A stretch of 64,000 bases of DNA from Candidatus Moraniibacteriota bacterium (GCA_027008775.1 JALVDV010000001.1:73934-137933); one strand, 5' to 3'. Counted from the stretch's first letter, positions 30,080 to 41,109 are shown. Numbers and translations: made by a program. The notes: generated by a model from the letters alone, not told the origin.

Positions 30080-31465
30080 ATGTCAAGACTGATTTTTTCA
30101 CTCAAAAAAATAATTCCTGAGAAAATCTTAAACAAATTGCGACCAAGTTACCACCTTCTTTGGAATTTTTTCTCCGCTCTGCGCTACAATTTCCCCGCTC
30201 AAAAACTGTTGGTCATTGGTGTCACCGGCACTACCGGCAAAACCACCACAATTTTAATGTTGGCTAAAATCTTCCAAACAGCCGGCTTCAAAGTCGGTTA
30301 CACTTCCACCACTTTGTTTAGCGACGGCGACCGGGAATGGCTCAATGATAAAAAAATGACCATGTTGGGACGATCATTAACTCAAAAAATGCTGGCGAAA
30401 ATGCTTACCAACGGTTGCCAAGTCGCCATCGTGGAAACAACCTCCGAAGGCATTACGCAAAATCGTCACCGTTTTATAAACTACGATATTTGCTTGCTAA
30501 CCGACCTCTATCCGGAACATATTGAATCCCACGGCAGTTTTGCCAATTACAAGCAAGCCAAACTGGAACTCTTTCAACATCTGACCAAATCTAAAAGAAA
30601 AAAATTAAAACTAAACAAACTTCTTTCCGGTAGAATTCCCAAAACAATTATAGTCAATTTGGATAACAAACATGCTCCCGAATTTCTACAATTTCAAGTT
30701 GAACAAAAATTTGCTTTCAAAAAAGAAAGCTCCTCCTCCGCAACAAAAATGACTAATATCCCAACTGGCACCAAAATAATCACTTATCGTCTTTTGGAAA
30801 ACAACGAAAAGGGGAGCGCCTTTTTGGTTAACGCACAAGAAAAATTTCATTTGAACATTTTGGGCGAACACAACGTTATCAACGCCGTTGCCGCTTTAAC
30901 AGTTGCCAAATCTCTACAAATCTCCTCCGCCAAAATTCGCTCAGCCTTAGCCGCAATCAAAAACCTCCCGGGACGTTTGGAAAAAATAGAAGGGGGCCAA
31001 AATTTTACCGTCATCGTTGACTACGCTTTTGAACCGAAAGCTTTGCGAAAGTTGTATCAAAGCGTATCACACTTAAAACCGCAAAAAATAATTCACGTTC
31101 TCGGTTCGGCTGGGGGAGGGCGCGACACCGCTCGCCGACCAAAATTGGGAAAAATAGCCGGCGCTCTGGCCGATTATGTCATTGTCACCAATGAAGATCC
31201 CTACGACGACAATCCGCAAGAAATAATCAAACAGGTTGCCGGTGGCGCCTCGGCCAAGAATAAAATCCTCAACCGAAATCTTTTTCTGATTGAAGATCGT
31301 CGTCAAGCCATCAAAAAAGCTCTCTCTTTGGCGCAAAAAGGAGACTTGATCCTAATCACTGGTAAAGGAGCCGAGCAAGCCATCGCCGGACCAAAGGGCG
31401 AATTAATCCCCTGGGACGATCGTCAAATAGTCAAAGAGCTTTTGCAAAATACCATTAAAAAATAA
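30080..31465 (+). CDS. Mur ligase family protein, MurE-like (UDP-N-acetylmuramoyl-tripeptide synthetase)
   Basis: P-loop VIGVTGTTGKTTT, middle-domain motifs (NRHRFINYDICLLTDLYPEHIESHG), and a C-terminal Mur ligase domain. Confidence 0.75.
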   Translation: MSRLIFSLKKIIPEKILNKLRPSYHLLWNFFSALRYNFPAQKLLVIGVTGTTGKTTTILMLAKIFQTAGFKVGYTSTTLFSDGDREWLNDKKMTMLGRSLTQKMLAKMLTNGCQVAIVETTSEGITQNRHRFINYDICLLTDLYPEHIESHGSFANYKQAKLELFQHLTKSKRKKLKLNKLLSGRIPKTIIVNLDNKHAPEFLQFQVEQKFAFKKESSSSATKMTNIPTGTKIITYRLLENNEKGSAFLVNAQEKFHLNILGEHNVINAVAALTVAKSLQISSAKIRSALAAIKNLPGRLEKIEGGQNFTVIVDYAFEPKALRKLYQSVSHLKPQKIIHVLGSAGGGRDTARRPKLGKIAGALADYVIVTNEDPYDDNPQEIIKQVAGGASAKNKILNRNLFLIEDRRQAIKKALSLAQKGDLILITGKGAEQAIAGPKGELIPWDDRQIVKELLQNTIKK

Positions 31466-31497
31466 ATTCTAGACAAAAACGCTTGGTTAACTTCATA

Positions 31498-31533
31498 ACA
31501 CCAAAAGCAAAAAGACCCTTTTAACAGGGTCTT
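31498..31533 (-). terminator. Rho-independent terminator of rpmA
   Basis: AAGACCCT-TTTAAC-AGGGTCTT hairpin, followed on the minus strand by TTTTTGCTTTTGG. Confidence 0.65.
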
Positions 31534-31612
31534 CTTTAACTTAAAAATCCGGCACAGTTTCACTTGGGAAGCACTTGGAAAAGTCTTTCTGAATTTAAAA
31601 CAAAAACCAATC

Positions 31613-31897
31613 CTACTTCCCTTGAGCAACAACCTCCACAAAAGTCTTCTTTTTCAACTTGCCGGTAAATCCACTGATTTTTCGGGTGATAAAACTAACC
31701 GTACCGGTCGTCAAGGCTATCAGGGAATCATCAGCCGTTCTTTTAACGTTTTTACCCGGTTTAAACTTTGTTCCCCTTTGTCGCACCAAAATCTCGCCGG
31801 CTCGCACCTTTTGACCGCTAAAACGTTTCACTCCCAGATATTTTGGCCTGGAATCTCTTCCATTATCAGTTGAGCCTCCGGCTTTTCTATGAGCCAT
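31613..31897 (-). CDS. rpmA: 50S ribosomal protein L27 (with C-terminal extension)
   Basis: [51 protein letters not shown] is the canonical L27 N-terminus. Confidence 0.9.
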   Translation of the reverse strand: MAHRKAGGSTDNGRDSRPKYLGVKRFSGQKVRAGEILVRQRGTKFKPGKNVKRTADDSLIALTTGTVSFITRKISGFTGKLKKKTFVEVVAQGK

Positions 31898-32022
31898 CTT
31901 TTTATCAATTAATTCTTAGAAAACGCGCTTTACTTTTTCTTTGCAATATGCTAGTTTCTCTAGAGAATTTAGCGCACACTGTATCCATTCAACTCTTCCC
32001 AGTATACCTAAAAATCAACTTT

Positions 32023-32451
32023 ATGTCAACAAAGAAAAATTGGTGGAAAAGGGAGGGACACGCTAAAACAATAATATTTTTTCTCAATATAATTTTAGCC
32101 GGTCTGGTTGGCTTTCAATTAGGAAAAGTGCAAGCCGGCCAAAATATTCCTATCAAAATTAATCTCCATAATCAAGGCGCTCAAAATCCCGCCAAAAAAG
32201 AATTAGAAATCGTCTCTCAATCACTAGAACGACAAGGCGTCATCAAAAAAGAAACTCTTATTAAAAACAACCAACAAAAATGTCTTTTTGTCGCTTCTCG
32301 TCGTTGCAAAAAATATCACCGTTCTGATTGTCGTTATGCTAAAAATATCAAAGAAAGCAACAAAGTTTGTTTTGCCAGTACTCAAGAAGCCGAAGCTAAA
32401 GGATACGGTCCCGCTCAAGGCTGCTTGGGTAAAAATAAGAATAAAAAATAA
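32023..32451 (+). CDS. Membrane-anchored protein with C-terminal Ada-like zinc-binding domain
   Basis: Start at internal ATG 32023 (MSTKKNWW...); one TM helix. The C-terminal CKKYHRSDCRYAKNIKESNKVCFASTQEAEAKGYGPAQGC resembles the Ada N-terminal Zn-binding motif (FHRPGCRY...N.V.F.S.EEA.AAGFRPCKRC). The 202-aa track ORF overlaps rpmA and its promoter. Confidence 0.45.
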   Translation: MSTKKNWWKREGHAKTIIFFLNIILAGLVGFQLGKVQAGQNIPIKINLHNQGAQNPAKKELEIVSQSLERQGVIKKETLIKNNQQKCLFVASRRCKKYHRSDCRYAKNIKESNKVCFASTQEAEAKGYGPAQGCLGKNKNKK

Positions 32452-32466
32452 AAATCAAATAAAATA

Positions 32467-33219
32467 ATGGGGAAAAGAAAAGGGGAAGGGGATAATAATC
32501 AAATTCCCGTCATCATTTCTCTAGGCGGTTCCCTCATCGCTCCCGTCGCCGGTCTTAATGTAAACTTTATCAGAGAGTTTAAAAAGCTTATTCTGCAAGA
32601 AATAGAGAAGGGCAGACGTTTCGTGATTATCACCGGTGGCGGACAGCTCAGTCGCAACTACGTCAAAGCCCTTAATCAAATCACTCCCAGCGATGAAGAA
32701 GAGCAAGATTGGCTAGGCATCCACGCCACCAGAATGAATGCTCATTTTATTAAAGCGGTCTTCAAAAAATATGCTCACCCTCGCATCAACAAAAACCCTC
32801 GCACCAAAGAAAATTTGCAAAAACATTTCGCTCAGGGAGAAAAAATTATGGTTGCCGCCGGTTGGCGTCCCGGTTGGTCCACCGACTACGTCGCTACCAT
32901 TCTGGCAGAAAGATTTAAAGCTAAAAAACTGATCAACCTTTCCAACGTTGAATATATTTTTGACCGCGATCCCAAAAAGCATCCCCAAGCCCAAAAAATC
33001 GAAGAAATCAGTTGGACTGATTTCCGCAAAATCGTCGGCAACAAATGGAGTCCCGGTCTAAATTCTCCCTTTGATCCCATCGCCGCCCGATTGGCGGAAA
33101 AAAATGACCTGGAAGTAGCCATTATTGCCGGCAAAAACCTGAGCAGTCTGTCTCGCTATCTCAACAATCAACCCTTCACCGGAAGTCTAATAAAAGGCTC
33201 AACCAACAACAAGGCTTAA
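32467..33219 (+). CDS. Amino-acid kinase family protein, probable archaeal-type UMP kinase
   Basis: VIISLGGSLIAP...FVIITGGGQLSRNY...MVAAGWRPGWSTDYVA: AAK-fold signatures with a length (250 aa) matching archaeal-type PyrH. Confidence 0.55.
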   Translation: MGKRKGEGDNNQIPVIISLGGSLIAPVAGLNVNFIREFKKLILQEIEKGRRFVIITGGGQLSRNYVKALNQITPSDEEEQDWLGIHATRMNAHFIKAVFKKYAHPRINKNPRTKENLQKHFAQGEKIMVAAGWRPGWSTDYVATILAERFKAKKLINLSNVEYIFDRDPKKHPQAQKIEEISWTDFRKIVGNKWSPGLNSPFDPIAARLAEKNDLEVAIIAGKNLSSLSRYLNNQPFTGSLIKGSTNNKA

Positions 33220-33471
33220 ACAACCCTCACCTCTTGACAATTTGCTTTTTTCTTTATACAATCACCAGATTGATAAAAGGCAAGAATACTTAAGTAAATT
33301 TCACTAAATTGACAAAACAAACAAAGGGGTTTATCATTTGAGTGTTCAACAACACAAAATACAAACGAACTACCTGTAAGTGTAGAAGCAGGTTGTTTTT
33401 ATTGTTGTTTCGATAAAACATATCTTAAATAACACCCCATCTAAATTTAGTTAAATCTATTTCAAATAATC

Positions 33472-34965
33472 ATGCCCCCGATTTTTGTTCAAGGAGAATC
33501 ATCTAAAAATTTCTGCCATCAAAAAAGCAACCCTCTCAATAATGGATTAGTTTTTAAGGGTAATAAATTCATTACCCATACTAATCTACATCCTAAATAC
33601 TCTGCTCTGGAAACTATACAAAATCACCAGAAATTGGTAATCATTGGTCTTTTGACTATTCTGTTACTTGGAATTATTGTAAATTGGCACCAAACAGTAC
33701 TAATAACTATTTCCGTTTTAACAATTCTATACTTTGCTGATTTATTATTCAATCTCTTTCTAACCGTTAAAACTCTTAGAAAAACACCTGAAATTGTTGT
33801 CAACAAACAAGAGATTTCGCTTCTCCAAGATAAAGATTTACCGATTTATACCATTTTCTGCCCCTTGTATAAAGAGTGGCAAGTATTACCCGACTTTATT
33901 AAATCCATTAGTAAAATAAATTGGCCAAAAAACAAATTAGATGTCCAGCTACTTCTGGAAGAAGACGATAAAAAAACAATTGCTGAAATAAAAAAAATGC
34001 GATTACCGAACCATTTTCGAGTTATCATCGTTCCACATAGTGAACCAAAAACCAAACCAAAGGCTTGTAATTACGGGCTACACCATGCGCAAGGCGAATA
34101 TGCCGTAATTTATGATGCTGAAGACAATCCTGATCCTAACCAGCTTAAAAAAGCTTTTATTGCTTTTCAAAAGACAAGAAAAAATAATGTGGTTTGCGTA
34201 CAAGCAAAATTAAATTTTTATAATTCACATCAAAATATTCTTACCAGATTTTTTACCATGGAATATTCTCTTTGGTTTGATTTAATTCTTCCTGGTCTGC
34301 AATCTATTAAAGCGCCCATTCCCCTGGGTGGAACATCTAATCACTTTCGCACCAAAGATCTAAAATATCTGCAAGGATGGGATCCTTTCAATGTTACTGA
34401 GGATTGTGATTTGGGAATAAGAATAGCTAAACTCGGTTTGCACACCGCCATTATAAACTCTACCACCCTGGAAGAAGCAAATAGTAAACTCGGCAACTGG
34501 TTCAGGCAACGCTCTCGTTGGATTAAAGGTTATATGCAAACCTATCTGGTACACATGCGACGACCCCACGAATTTATAACCGATTTTAAAAATCCAAACA
34601 TTTTATTCTTCCAGCTAACAGTTGGTGGTAAAATCTTGTCTCTTTTCATAAACCCCCTAATGTGGATAATGACTATATCATACTTTCTATTCAAAGATTC
34701 TCTGGGGCCAATCATTGAATCTTTCTATTTAACTCCTGTTTTCTACATGGCCATCTTTTCATTAATAATTGGTAACTTTTTTTATATCTACAATTATATG
34801 ATTGGATGCGCAAAGAGAGAACAATGGGATATAATAAAATATGCCTTCCTGGTACCATTCTATTGGTTGGCAATCAGTCTAGCCGCCTGGAAAGCTTTAT
34901 TTCAACTTGTAACCAAACCTCACTACTGGGAAAAAACAGTGCATGGATTACATCTAAAAAAATAG
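33472..34965 (+). CDS. Membrane GT2 processive beta-glycosyltransferase (cellulose/chitin/PNAG synthase-like, QxxRW)
   Basis: N- and C-terminal TM helices. GT2 core with DAEDNPD (DxD), and QRSRWIKG (QxxRW), the processive-synthase hallmark. Confidence 0.75.
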   Translation: MPPIFVQGESSKNFCHQKSNPLNNGLVFKGNKFITHTNLHPKYSALETIQNHQKLVIIGLLTILLLGIIVNWHQTVLITISVLTILYFADLLFNLFLTVKTLRKTPEIVVNKQEISLLQDKDLPIYTIFCPLYKEWQVLPDFIKSISKINWPKNKLDVQLLLEEDDKKTIAEIKKMRLPNHFRVIIVPHSEPKTKPKACNYGLHHAQGEYAVIYDAEDNPDPNQLKKAFIAFQKTRKNNVVCVQAKLNFYNSHQNILTRFFTMEYSLWFDLILPGLQSIKAPIPLGGTSNHFRTKDLKYLQGWDPFNVTEDCDLGIRIAKLGLHTAIINSTTLEEANSKLGNWFRQRSRWIKGYMQTYLVHMRRPHEFITDFKNPNILFFQLTVGGKILSLFINPLMWIMTISYFLFKDSLGPIIESFYLTPVFYMAIFSLIIGNFFYIYNYMIGCAKREQWDIIKYAFLVPFYWLAISLAAWKALFQLVTKPHYWEKTVHGLHLKK

Positions 34966-34971
34966 AATTTT

Positions 34972-36513
34972 ATGTCTGAGCAAAAAACAAAGATTTCATT
35001 ATCAAAAAGACAGATTGTTATTTTAGCTCTATTTTTTACTTTTTACCTCTCTATAGCCTATTACCTTGTCTTTGACTTACAGCTTGTTTTTAGAGATGCA
35101 GTTTCAAGGACGGAAAAAGCATTCTTGGTTTTCTTTGACAATTCAGCAAAAATTTCATCTATTGGGTTTATTTGGACACCTCTCCCAAGTATATTGCAAC
35201 TACCACTCGTTATATTTAAACCACTGGCTAAATATGGATTTAGCGGAAATATTATATCAGCACTGTTCGGCGCTTTAAGTTGTTTGTATATTTACAAATT
35301 CCTCAATAAATCACACTTAAATTTCTTTTCAAAAATAATTTTTTTGCTATTGTTTGGGCTAAATCCAATGATTATTCTGTACTCAGCAAATGGTATGTCT
35401 GAAATAATTTTTGTCTTTTTTATAATACTGGCCAGTTGGCACTTAATAAAGTGGAACAAAACAAAGAGAATGACCGAACTCATTTTACTAGGAATAATCT
35501 TATCCTTAGCTTTTTTCACCAGGTACGAAACGATTCCACTTGCCATCACAATCGGCTTCCTTGTAATCTTTTTGAACTACGGAAAAATTAAGACAAGATT
35601 TAATGAAATTCAAGGAAGTATTGTCCTATACTTTCTGCCAATATTATTTTCTGTTTTTTTATGGATAGTCGCCAACTGGTTAATCATGGGAGACCCCTTC
35701 TACTTTCTGCGTGGAGAATATTCTAATATTGAACAATCAAATTTTATAGGAGGGGAGCTGAAAAAATTAAAAGGCAATCTTGTCGATGCAATTTATTATG
35801 CAACAAAAATGATTGCCCATCTTTACCCGGTTTTCTTCGCAACACTAATATATGCTATTTACAAACAGTTTTCAAAAATATCATTAATAACTATTTCCAT
35901 AATATTCTTATCTTTAAGCATAATCCTATTTCATATATTAATGTTACTTAAAGGCGTTTCCTACGGCTGGTTAAGATTCTACATATACATAATTCCATTT
36001 TCGTTCATACTATTTAGTATCACAATAGAAAATGTAAGAAAAAAAATGCTGGTAGCAACACTCTTCATCACACTTTTTTTTATTTCAAACATATACTCAC
36101 TCAAATCTATTTCAGATAAAAATTATGGCAAAGAAGAATGCCATGTCATAGAAGCCATCAAAGGACACTTTGACGAAAATTATTCATACATCAAAGATAT
36201 GGAGGTTGTTGACTACATTAACAAAAACAATCTAACCAATAAAAAAATTATTGTCGATGACTTTACCGGCTTTGGAATTATTCTAAACTCATTGAACCCT
36301 AAAATATTTATTAACAATTCTGACAAGGAATTTAAGAATAGTTTAGAGAATCCAAGGCAATATGCTGATTACATTTTGGTAAGACGCCCCACAGGAATTG
36401 GAATTATTGATGCAATAAATAAAAAGTATCCGGATATGTTTACTAAAGGAGCCAGCTATCTTAGACTAAAAAAAGATTTTGGCATTTGGAGATTGTATGA
36501 AATTATCAAATAG
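34972..36513 (+). CDS. GT-C-fold membrane glycosyltransferase candidate (PMT/ArnT-like), paralog A
   Basis: 513 aa, ~11 TM helices. N-terminal region FDNSAKISSIGFIWTPLPSILQLPLV parallels DIGKRVVDGLQPGLAQLGSVWLPLPHILMTITIW in the next gene. Confidence 0.55.
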   Translation: MSEQKTKISLSKRQIVILALFFTFYLSIAYYLVFDLQLVFRDAVSRTEKAFLVFFDNSAKISSIGFIWTPLPSILQLPLVIFKPLAKYGFSGNIISALFGALSCLYIYKFLNKSHLNFFSKIIFLLLFGLNPMIILYSANGMSEIIFVFFIILASWHLIKWNKTKRMTELILLGIILSLAFFTRYETIPLAITIGFLVIFLNYGKIKTRFNEIQGSIVLYFLPILFSVFLWIVANWLIMGDPFYFLRGEYSNIEQSNFIGGELKKLKGNLVDAIYYATKMIAHLYPVFFATLIYAIYKQFSKISLITISIIFLSLSIILFHILMLLKGVSYGWLRFYIYIIPFSFILFSITIENVRKKMLVATLFITLFFISNIYSLKSISDKNYGKEECHVIEAIKGHFDENYSYIKDMEVVDYINKNNLTNKKIIVDDFTGFGIILNSLNPKIFINNSDKEFKNSLENPRQYADYILVRRPTGIGIIDAINKKYPDMFTKGASYLRLKKDFGIWRLYEIIK

Positions 36514-36659
36514 AATCCCAAAACTGTTCAAAATTACAAAAGCGATTAACAAAAATTTATTTTCATTCTAAGGCAAATACAAGATTTAAGACATTATCAT
36601 TGGTGCCTTAAATCCAAGTAAAATATTTTTCATATCCTGAAATCAGAAATAAACAAAAA

Positions 36660-38273
36660 ATGAATAACACCCCAAAAACTATAAAAAAAGAAAAAAATAT
36701 CGGCAAAAAATTTAACACCATGTTGCTTATTCTCTCCTGTGTTTTGTCTCTTGTTTTTTCTTTCTTCTATTATCAAAACAAGTTAAATATTTCTTACAAC
36801 GACGCTCGTTCGCATTTAGATATCGGCAAAAGGGTGGTTGACGGATTGCAGCCAGGACTTGCCCAGTTGGGAAGCGTTTGGCTACCACTACCACACATCT
36901 TGATGACTATCACCATTTGGAATGATTTTATGTGGCACAGTGGTCTAGCCGGAACAATATTTAGCATGCTTTCTTACGTCGGTATTGTTTTTTTTATTCT
37001 AAAATTTTTAAATCAACTAGATGTTGATATCTGGGGCAAAATGGCAGCCTTTGGTATTTTCGCTTTTAATCCCAACATTCTTTACCTACAATCAACTCCA
37101 ATGACCGAGTTATTACTGTTGCTTACCATGTTGGCCGGCGTTTACTATTTCCTCCTTTGGCTCAAAAACAACAGTAACATTCTCCTAATTAAGTCAGCTC
37201 TTTGGATTATGCTTTCCACTTTAATTAGATATGATGGTTGGTTTTTATTTATCTGGGCCACTCTAATCTTGACTGTTTACAGTTTTAGAAACAGGAATTG
37301 GAAAATAACTGAAGGAAGGATATTCCTATTTACCTCTGTTGCTGGATTCGGAATCCTGCTATGGTTCATTTGGAACTATATTATTTTTAATAATGCTTTA
37401 TACTTTATGTTTGGACCATACTCTGCTCATAGTCAACAAGAAACATTTGCCCAAGAAGGCCTTTTAAGCACCAAAGGAAACTTATTGCTCTCAATCAAAA
37501 CCTACCTTTATGCCGTCATTCTAAATTCTGGAAAATATGTATCTTTCCTGGGAATATTGGGGGCATTGCTTCTGGCTGTCAATGCCAGAAAAAAACCAAT
37601 CTCTCTCTACGTTTTTTTATTACTCTTAACACCAGTCATTTTTAATATTCTAGCTCTTTACCTTGGTCACTCCATATTATTTATCCCGGGTTTTAATGGT
37701 ATGAAAGACTGGTTCAACATTCGTTATGGAGTTATGGCCATACCCTCGTTAGCTATATTTGGCGGATTTTTATTGGGAAAAATAAATGAAAATTGGCTAA
37801 AATTAATTCTATTACTTTTACTTTTTTTCAACTTAACAGTTAATTTAACAAAGGAGCCGGTAACAGTTGCTGATGCCAAATTTGGCAAAAGCCAAAAAAA
37901 CATCGATGCTGTTGCTAAATGGTTGCATGAAAACACCAAAAACAATGATGGTTTGATTTTAATCTCCGCCGCTTCGCACGACTCAATTATATTTTCCTCC
38001 AATTTGCCAATGAGAAAGTTTATCCATGAAGGTGTCAATTTAATTTGGCCAAAAGCCACAAATAATCCGGAGAAGTGGGCTCGTTGGATAGTTTTAATGC
38101 CTGAAAAAGCGAGAAAATCCGACTTTCTCTGGCAAGCCATTAACAAAAAAGACAAGCTACGTCACTATCATCCGGTTGCTACTTTCCCCTCAATCACTAT
38201 TTTTCAATTAGACGACAGTTTTTTTAAAAAAATTAAGGATAAAACTAATCAAATATATCATGATAAGGAATAA
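36660..38273 (+). CDS. GT-C-fold membrane glycosyltransferase candidate, paralog B
   Basis: 537 aa, polytopic. The DARSHLDIGKRV (DxD-like loop 1) followed by the WLPLPH segment aligns with paralog A. Confidence 0.55.
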   Translation: MNNTPKTIKKEKNIGKKFNTMLLILSCVLSLVFSFFYYQNKLNISYNDARSHLDIGKRVVDGLQPGLAQLGSVWLPLPHILMTITIWNDFMWHSGLAGTIFSMLSYVGIVFFILKFLNQLDVDIWGKMAAFGIFAFNPNILYLQSTPMTELLLLLTMLAGVYYFLLWLKNNSNILLIKSALWIMLSTLIRYDGWFLFIWATLILTVYSFRNRNWKITEGRIFLFTSVAGFGILLWFIWNYIIFNNALYFMFGPYSAHSQQETFAQEGLLSTKGNLLLSIKTYLYAVILNSGKYVSFLGILGALLLAVNARKKPISLYVFLLLLTPVIFNILALYLGHSILFIPGFNGMKDWFNIRYGVMAIPSLAIFGGFLLGKINENWLKLILLLLLFFNLTVNLTKEPVTVADAKFGKSQKNIDAVAKWLHENTKNNDGLILISAASHDSIIFSSNLPMRKFIHEGVNLIWPKATNNPEKWARWIVLMPEKARKSDFLWQAINKKDKLRHYHPVATFPSITIFQLDDSFFKKIKDKTNQIYHDKE

Positions 38274-39585
38274 AGTTATTATTTTTTCCATTCTCCTGAG
38301 CACAGGCTTGCTTTCTATTTACAAATTTCACTTCCAATCTGCCAATAAATCCGGAAATATTAACAAACAGTCAGCAAAAAATATAACTTGCCCCGCGCCA
38401 AGTCAACAGACATTTTGGAAAATACAATCAATTGATACTATGAAACAGTCCCGAGATTTGGCCCGAGCAAAAAAAAATGACAAGAGCTTTGAAAGAGAAA
38501 TTGACCAACAGGTATCCGCTATCTCTTCAACAGGCGCTACGCACATTACTATTGATACTCCGTATGATCCAGAATTTATCCCTTTTTTAAAGAAGTGGAT
38601 CGCCAGCGCCAGAAAATATAATCTAAAAATCTGGTTCAAAGGAAATTGGTCTGGCTGGGAAGGGTGGTTTAATTACCCCAAAAATCTCAGCCGTCGCCAA
38701 CATCAGCAAAAAACAATTGCCTTCATTCTCCAATACCCGGAGTTTTTTGAAGACGGAGACATTTTTTCTCCTTGTCCCGAGTGTGAAAATGGAGGACCGG
38801 GAGATCCGCGTCAAAATAAAAATGCTGTAAGCCATCAACAATTTATTATTAAAGAATTTGAGGCCTGTAATAAATCTTTCAAAAAAATTAACAAAAAAGT
38901 TTTGGTTCTTTTTCCGATGAATAACGATGTCGCCAAAATGATAATGGATAAAAAAACGACTGCGGCACTGGGAGGATATGTCACCACTGATCACTATAGT
39001 AAGAGCCACCAGCAACTAATTGAAGACCTAAGACAATTGGCCATAAATTCTGGTGGAAAAATAGTGCTGGGAGAGTTCGGTTTACCCATTCCCGACATCC
39101 ACGGCCAAATCTCTCCGAAAAAACAAGCTGAATGGATCAAGGCTTTACTGAAAGACCTGTCCATTCATAAGAAAATAATTGGGGTTAATTACTGGGTTAA
39201 CAAGGGGGGAAGTACAGCCATTTGGCAAAACAATAATGAAGCAAAACCGGCAGTAAACATATTAAGAAAAGCCTTTAAACCCCAAGTTTTTTACGGACGA
39301 ATAGTTGATGAATTTAATCAAAGCATTAAGAGTGCCGAGATCAAAAGTCAGAATTACTCAACCGGTACAAACCAGCAGGGTTGTTTTTTCTTGTTGGTAT
39401 GGCCTCAAGAAAAATCATTGTTCACCATCAAAGCTGATAATTTCAACGATAAAAATATTACTTTAAACAATCAGTCAAAGTCATATCAAAAAATAGTCCT
39501 TTCCCAAAAGGACGTCAACAAATACTATCACATCAAACTGGAACTGTATAAAAAATTTGGTTTAAATTTACAAAAACACAAATAA
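38260..39585 (+). CDS. Secreted hypothetical protein, possible glycoside-hydrolase-like (TIM barrel) enzyme
   Basis: N-terminal signal/TM and a W/Y-rich region (WFKGNWSGWEGWFNYPK, GVNYWVNKGG). The assignment is only tentative. Confidence 0.4.
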   Translation: MIRNKVIIFSILLSTGLLSIYKFHFQSANKSGNINKQSAKNITCPAPSQQTFWKIQSIDTMKQSRDLARAKKNDKSFEREIDQQVSAISSTGATHITIDTPYDPEFIPFLKKWIASARKYNLKIWFKGNWSGWEGWFNYPKNLSRRQHQQKTIAFILQYPEFFEDGDIFSPCPECENGGPGDPRQNKNAVSHQQFIIKEFEACNKSFKKINKKVLVLFPMNNDVAKMIMDKKTTAALGGYVTTDHYSKSHQQLIEDLRQLAINSGGKIVLGEFGLPIPDIHGQISPKKQAEWIKALLKDLSIHKKIIGVNYWVNKGGSTAIWQNNNEAKPAVNILRKAFKPQVFYGRIVDEFNQSIKSAEIKSQNYSTGTNQQGCFFLLVWPQEKSLFTIKADNFNDKNITLNNQSKSYQKIVLSQKDVNKYYHIKLELYKKFGLNLQKHK

Positions 39586-39738
39586 AATCCCCGTAACAAC
39601 AAAACAAAGAGATATGAAATAAACAGAGGCTTGACACATAATTAAAAGAGTTATACAATGGCCGGACGGCAAATGAATAAAATAAGATAACCAGATGCAA
39701 ACTAACTAGATGCGGTTTTTGTAAACAGAGAAAGAAGT

Positions 39739-41109
39739 ATGAAAGAGACTCTACACAATATCAACAAGAAGATAACTGAGAGAGCTGTTATTTATTTTAT
39801 AACAATGTCCGTTTTCATTATTTTAATTGGTAAAGCTTTCTTTGTAAAACCTGATTATTTCACTTTATATATTTACGGAGTTTTAGTAACACTCGTTCTT
39901 TTAATTAACTTTTACTACGCCATATTTAAATACGAGGACCCGGCCATAACAGCTAAAAAAATTATTCGCCAAAAACCAACTTCTCAGAAAAAACCACTGG
40001 TTAGTTGTATGGTAGCGGTTTATAATGAGGAGAAGATTATTGAAGACTGTATTCTTTCCTTGGCAAATCAGACATATCAAAACAAAGAAATTATTTTTGT
40101 TAATGATGGTAGCACGGATAAGACCGCCGAAATCCTTGATTATTATGCAAATAAAGGTCTCATTAAAGTCATTCACCAAAAAAACGCCGGCAAAAAAAGA
40201 GCTTTGGGACGAGCAATGAGAGAAGCCAAAGGAGAAATTTTCGCTTTCTCCGACAGTGATTCGGTTTGGGCACCGGACGCCATTGAAAAAATCGTTCCTA
40301 TCTTCATGGCATTTCCTGATATTGGAGGAGTAAGTGGTCATTTTCGCCTAAAAAATTCAGCAACCAACATTCTCACTCGCGCTCAGGATGCCTGGGCGGA
40401 AGGGCAGTTTTCTATTAGAAAAGCATTTGAGAGTTATTTTGGAGCAGTCACTTGCGTTTCCGGACCTTTGGCTGTTTTCCGTAAATCAGCCATTTACAAC
40501 TACATACCCGCCTGGGAACAAGATACTTTTTTAGGTCAAGAATTTAAATTTGCCACCGATCGAACATTGACCGGCTTTTTGCTTGGCAACAAATACATCG
40601 GCGAAAAATTAAAACAAAAATATCACAATGATGATTGTGTAAAAAAAATAGACTATCCCATCAAAGATTGGAAGGTTGTTTATTCAAAATCAGCCAAAGC
40701 TTGGACGGTCCTACCGGATAACTTTAAATCTTTGCTAAAACAACACATTCGCTGGAAAAAATCTTTTATACGCAATACTTTCTTCACCGGTTCTTTTTAT
40801 TGGCATAAGCCATTTTTGGCCGCTCTTGCTTATTATCTTCACGTAGTATTTGTTTTAGTGGGACCTTTTATTGCTTTCAGGCATATAATCTATCTACCAA
40901 TAAGAGGGGACATATGGGGGGCAATTTTGTATATTTTGGGAATTATTTTTATAGGATTTATGTTTGGCTTGGCGTATAAAATTGAAAACAAGGAAGACCA
41001 CATTTGGATTTACAGACCAATTATGAGTATCCTAAGTACTTTAATCCTTTCTTGGTTAATTTTCTACTCTGCTTTAACGATTAAAAAGATGGTATGGCAC
41101 AGAAACTGA
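39739..41109 (+). CDS. Membrane GT2 processive N-acetylglucosaminyl/hexosyl transferase (NodC/IcaA/HasA-like, QxxRW)
   Basis: MVAVYNEE...VNDGSTDKT...SDSDS (DxD)...QHIRWKKS (QxxRW), with N- and C-terminal TM helices. Confidence 0.75.
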   Translation: MKETLHNINKKITERAVIYFITMSVFIILIGKAFFVKPDYFTLYIYGVLVTLVLLINFYYAIFKYEDPAITAKKIIRQKPTSQKKPLVSCMVAVYNEEKIIEDCILSLANQTYQNKEIIFVNDGSTDKTAEILDYYANKGLIKVIHQKNAGKKRALGRAMREAKGEIFAFSDSDSVWAPDAIEKIVPIFMAFPDIGGVSGHFRLKNSATNILTRAQDAWAEGQFSIRKAFESYFGAVTCVSGPLAVFRKSAIYNYIPAWEQDTFLGQEFKFATDRTLTGFLLGNKYIGEKLKQKYHNDDCVKKIDYPIKDWKVVYSKSAKAWTVLPDNFKSLLKQHIRWKKSFIRNTFFTGSFYWHKPFLAALAYYLHVVFVLVGPFIAFRHIIYLPIRGDIWGAILYILGIIFIGFMFGLAYKIENKEDHIWIYRPIMSILSTLILSWLIFYSALTIKKMVWHRN

